Positions 61,611 through 64,000 of a DNA stretch of 64,000 nt are shown in pieces; position 1 is the stretch's first letter, and each line of letters opens with the position of its first letter. This stretch comes from Candidatus Oxydemutator sp. (GTDB lineage: Bacteria > Pseudomonadota > Gammaproteobacteria > Poriferisulfidales > Oxydemutatoraceae): NCBI GenBank assembly GCA_965203445.1, contig OZ241883.1, positions 2,272,001-2,336,000 of the forward strand, read 5' to 3'. The position numbers and the translations under genes were made by a program. The notes beneath the pieces were generated by a model. It was not told the origin of the DNA. It did no database searches and was given only the letters and a program-made list of their open reading frames with translations.

Positions 61611-64000
61611 TCAGCGTCCGCTTGACCGGCAAATCCTCCCACGAGTGAGACTGCCGGATGGACGCCTTAATTGCCTCACCACACGCTCGAAATCAGATGA
61701 GACTAGAAATTCGTCAAGACTGACGTTCGCGCTTGGCATATAAAACTCCGTGCCCCTAAATCTGAGAATCCTGAACGAAGCCGGATTATTTGTGGCCTGA
61801 AGTTGCAAAACGGCAGCAAGCCTAAGAGCCTCGTTTGCGAAATCAGCATCCGCCGATACTATCGTGCCATCAGCATTCACGTCGCCGGTTATCATGAACA
61901 AACGGTCATTGTTACGGAACATCGGGCAGCTCCCATTATACAAATCCGTAGAGGCTCCCACCTCTCGGTAGTCTATGCAATAGTTCGCACTTGAATCACC
62001 GCAATCCGTGGACAATGGCCGCGCCGACAATATCGGCAGGTGGTTGCGATGCTGCAACAGCAGATACACGTCCTTGTTCGGCTCTATCTCGGCGTCAAAG
62101 CGCACCCCTTGCCGAGCCAACACATCCGTCGTCGTCGTCGCATTCTCGTTCACGCCTACTATGCTGCCGTCGGACAGAATCAAGCCTGCCTTTACGCCGC
62201 CTACGGGCACGCTGTCCGGATCCGCAGCACTCGGCGCGAAACCCGTGTTCACTACCCGCAACTCCAACAACATCCAGTCCACCACATTCGACGGCATGCC
62301 GTTTGCGTTGGCAACACCCTCTATACGAGGCACCGTCGTCGTCGCCGCGTGGTTCCAGGGCCTCACGCTATACGGTTGTACACGTGGCAGCGCTCGATTC
62401 AAAAAAGTGCCCATGTCGCCATCCGCGACACGATACGCCCCCTCCAAATACACGCCCGCGGCCACTACCAGACCTCGCTCGCTGCGGATGCCGACTTCGG
62501 CGAACTTCGGCTCTCCTATTTCCGCGGGGTGATCGCTGCCGCAGTTCGGGCAGTTCGTCAGGCGTAAACGAAAGCGTTCGCTATTTTCCTTCTCTACCTC
62601 GTCGGCCACAACCGACACCTGCACTCTCGCGGTGCCGTCCTCGCCCAACGTTATGCTCCCGGTGACCGGCAGCGCATTCACACTCACACCGGCGCTGCCG
62701 CCGCGATCTATCTCGAGAACTCCCCCCAGATCTGCGGACGTCAGACCTTCGGACGCGGTCGTAAGCTCATATTCCACCGTAACGGCCCAATTTGCGCCGC
62801 CGCTCAACGACACCGTGAAGGTCGCGGTCGCCCCTTCCGCCACCACCGCCGGCGCCGCCGCCACCGTCACCTGATCAAATTCGTTGGCCGCTATCGTCGT
62901 CATCGCCTCCAACGCCTCGGTGCTCAAACGAAGAGTACCCGCCGCGCCGGAAAGCATCGCGTTAGTCAGCTCCACCGAGAACGTCTCGGCCAATTCCGCT
63001 CCATCGTCGTCTTTTATTGCCACCTGGAACGACTGGGAAGAATTGCCCGCCGTGATGCTGACGTTGCCGTTGTTCGCTCCGTCAATGTCATCAAGCTCCG
63101 AAGTTCCTCCGCTTGTGTCCACGTTCCAATTCCAACTCGCAGTCACGCCCGACGGAAGGGCACCCGGCAGACTAACCGTGTACCTCGCTCTCGCGCCCTC
63201 CGAGACCATCGCGGAACCGGCGAACGCAGCCTTGACCGCGGGTTGCGATTCTCGTTGCGCCCTGATTTCGGTAGTGTTGCCAGACGGGAAAAAATCACTG
63301 ACGCCCTTCAACACCGGATAATCAAATGCCGTTCCAAAATCCCACGGGTTGTCGTCGTTCAAGGTCTCTATGCCCATGACCGTGCCCGTCGTATCGTCCA
63401 CGTTCAACTTATCCCAACCGGCGTAGATGCCGTCCGCCATCGTCGGGATATGCAAGTCGTAGGAAGTCTTGGGCGAATTGTCCGGCGACGGCGCGGTCGT
63501 GCCGCCGCAGCATGACGACTCCTCGCTGCGCTCCAGGTCAAAGTAGCTTGACTGAATCTCCATGGATGTACGATACCCTATCAAACCGCCTCTATGTGGC
63601 CCCCCGCCGGTCGGTTTCCCTATCGTGTAGCTGGCGCTCACTACGGAATTGCCCGTGTCGCTGCCTATCAAACCGCCCGCTCTTTCCCCCGCGCCGTGCA
63701 CCCTCACGTTGCTATAACCGGCGATCACAATTCCCCCGTTCATCTCGCCCACCAGACCGCCTACCGCCCAGGAACCGCTCACCGACCCGCCCGCCACGTA
63801 ACTCGCCGCTATCTTGCCGAAGTTATATCCCACCAGCGCCCCCACCCCCACGCTGTCGGGCGCACTCACGTTCACGTTCTTCATGCCTACCGAACGGATT
63901 ACGCCGTCGGCGCCCAAGATACCGAACAAGCCCACGTAATCAGAACGAGCACCGCTGCGCGTCAGATTCATATTCCTGATGACGTGGCCGTGACCTTCGA
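61611..64000 (-). CDS. Large secreted protein, paralog 4 (5' truncated by window)
   Basis: Same modules; 3' ~840 bp almost identical to paralog 3. Confidence 0.8.
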   Translation of the reverse strand, partial: EGHGHVIRNMNLTRSGARSDYVGLFGILGADGVIRSVGMKNVNVSAPDSVGVGALVGYNFGKIAASYVAGGSVSGSWAVGGLVGEMNGGIVIAGYSNVRVHGAGERAGGLIGSDTGNSVVSASYTIGKPTGGGPHRGGLIGYRTSMEIQSSYFDLERSEESSCCGGTTAPSPDNSPKTSYDLHIPTMADGIYAGWDKLNVDDTTGTVMGIETLNDDNPWDFGTAFDYPVLKGVSDFFPSGNTTEIRAQRESQPAVKAAFAGSAMVSEGARARYTVSLPGALPSGVTASWNWNVDTSGGTSELDDIDGANNGNVSITAGNSSQSFQVAIKDDDGAELAETFSVELTNAMLSGAAGTLRLSTEALEAMTTIAANEFDQVTVAAAPAVVAEGATATFTVSLSGGANWAVTVEYELTTASEGLTSADLGGVLEIDRGGSAGVSVNALPVTGSITLGEDGTARVQVSVVADEVEKENSERFRLRLTNCPNCGSDHPAEIGEPKFAEVGIRSERGLVVAAGVYLEGAYRVADGDMGTFLNRALPRVQPYSVRPWNHAATTTVPRIEGVANANGMPSNVVDWMLLELRVVNTGFAPSAADPDSVPVGGVKAGLILSDGSIVGVNENATTTTDVLARQGVRFDAEIEPNKDVYLLLQHRNHLPILSARPLSTDCGDSSANYCIDYREVGASTDLYNGSCPMFRNNDRLFMITGDVNADGTIVSADADFANEALRLAAVLQLQATNNPASFRILRFRGTEFYMPSANVSLDEFLVSSDFERVVRQLRRPSGSLTRGRICRSSGR

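Noticed and set aside
48364-64000. Diversity-generating retroelement explaining the near-identical C-termini
   Set aside because: No reverse transcriptase in the window, and the differences are not evidently adenine-specific

Overview
High-GC Gammaproteobacterium-like chromosomal window; the taxonomy is inferred from gene order and the 5S sequence. Conserved blocks: dapE fragment, exonuclease-cysM, lepB-rnc-era-recO-pdxJ-acpS, a stand-alone 5S rRNA, mutT-argJ-secA, the full dcw cluster, and cysG-rimI-udg-leuA. There are two accessory regions. (1) A ~12 kb defence island (6.4-18.6 kb) holds an unusual type II CRISPR system. Its ~1320-aa AT-rich Cas9 has motifs resembling compact type II-D Cas9d, with large insertions including two putative Ig-like domains. 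It sits with a type II-B-like cas1-cas2-cas4 module, a 46-repeat array with a Francisella-like repeat, and two distinct candidate tracrRNAs, each with its own promoter and terminator. The array contains a 549-bp insert encoding a PBECR2-like nuclease plus a structured RNA, and an off-register integration scar. (2) From 48.3 kb to the end lie four tandem paralogous giant secreted proteins (GLUG-like/Calx-beta/dockerin-like), with poly-G tracts, an in-frame MITE and an IS5 remnant. Family similarities are recalled from memory and were not computed.
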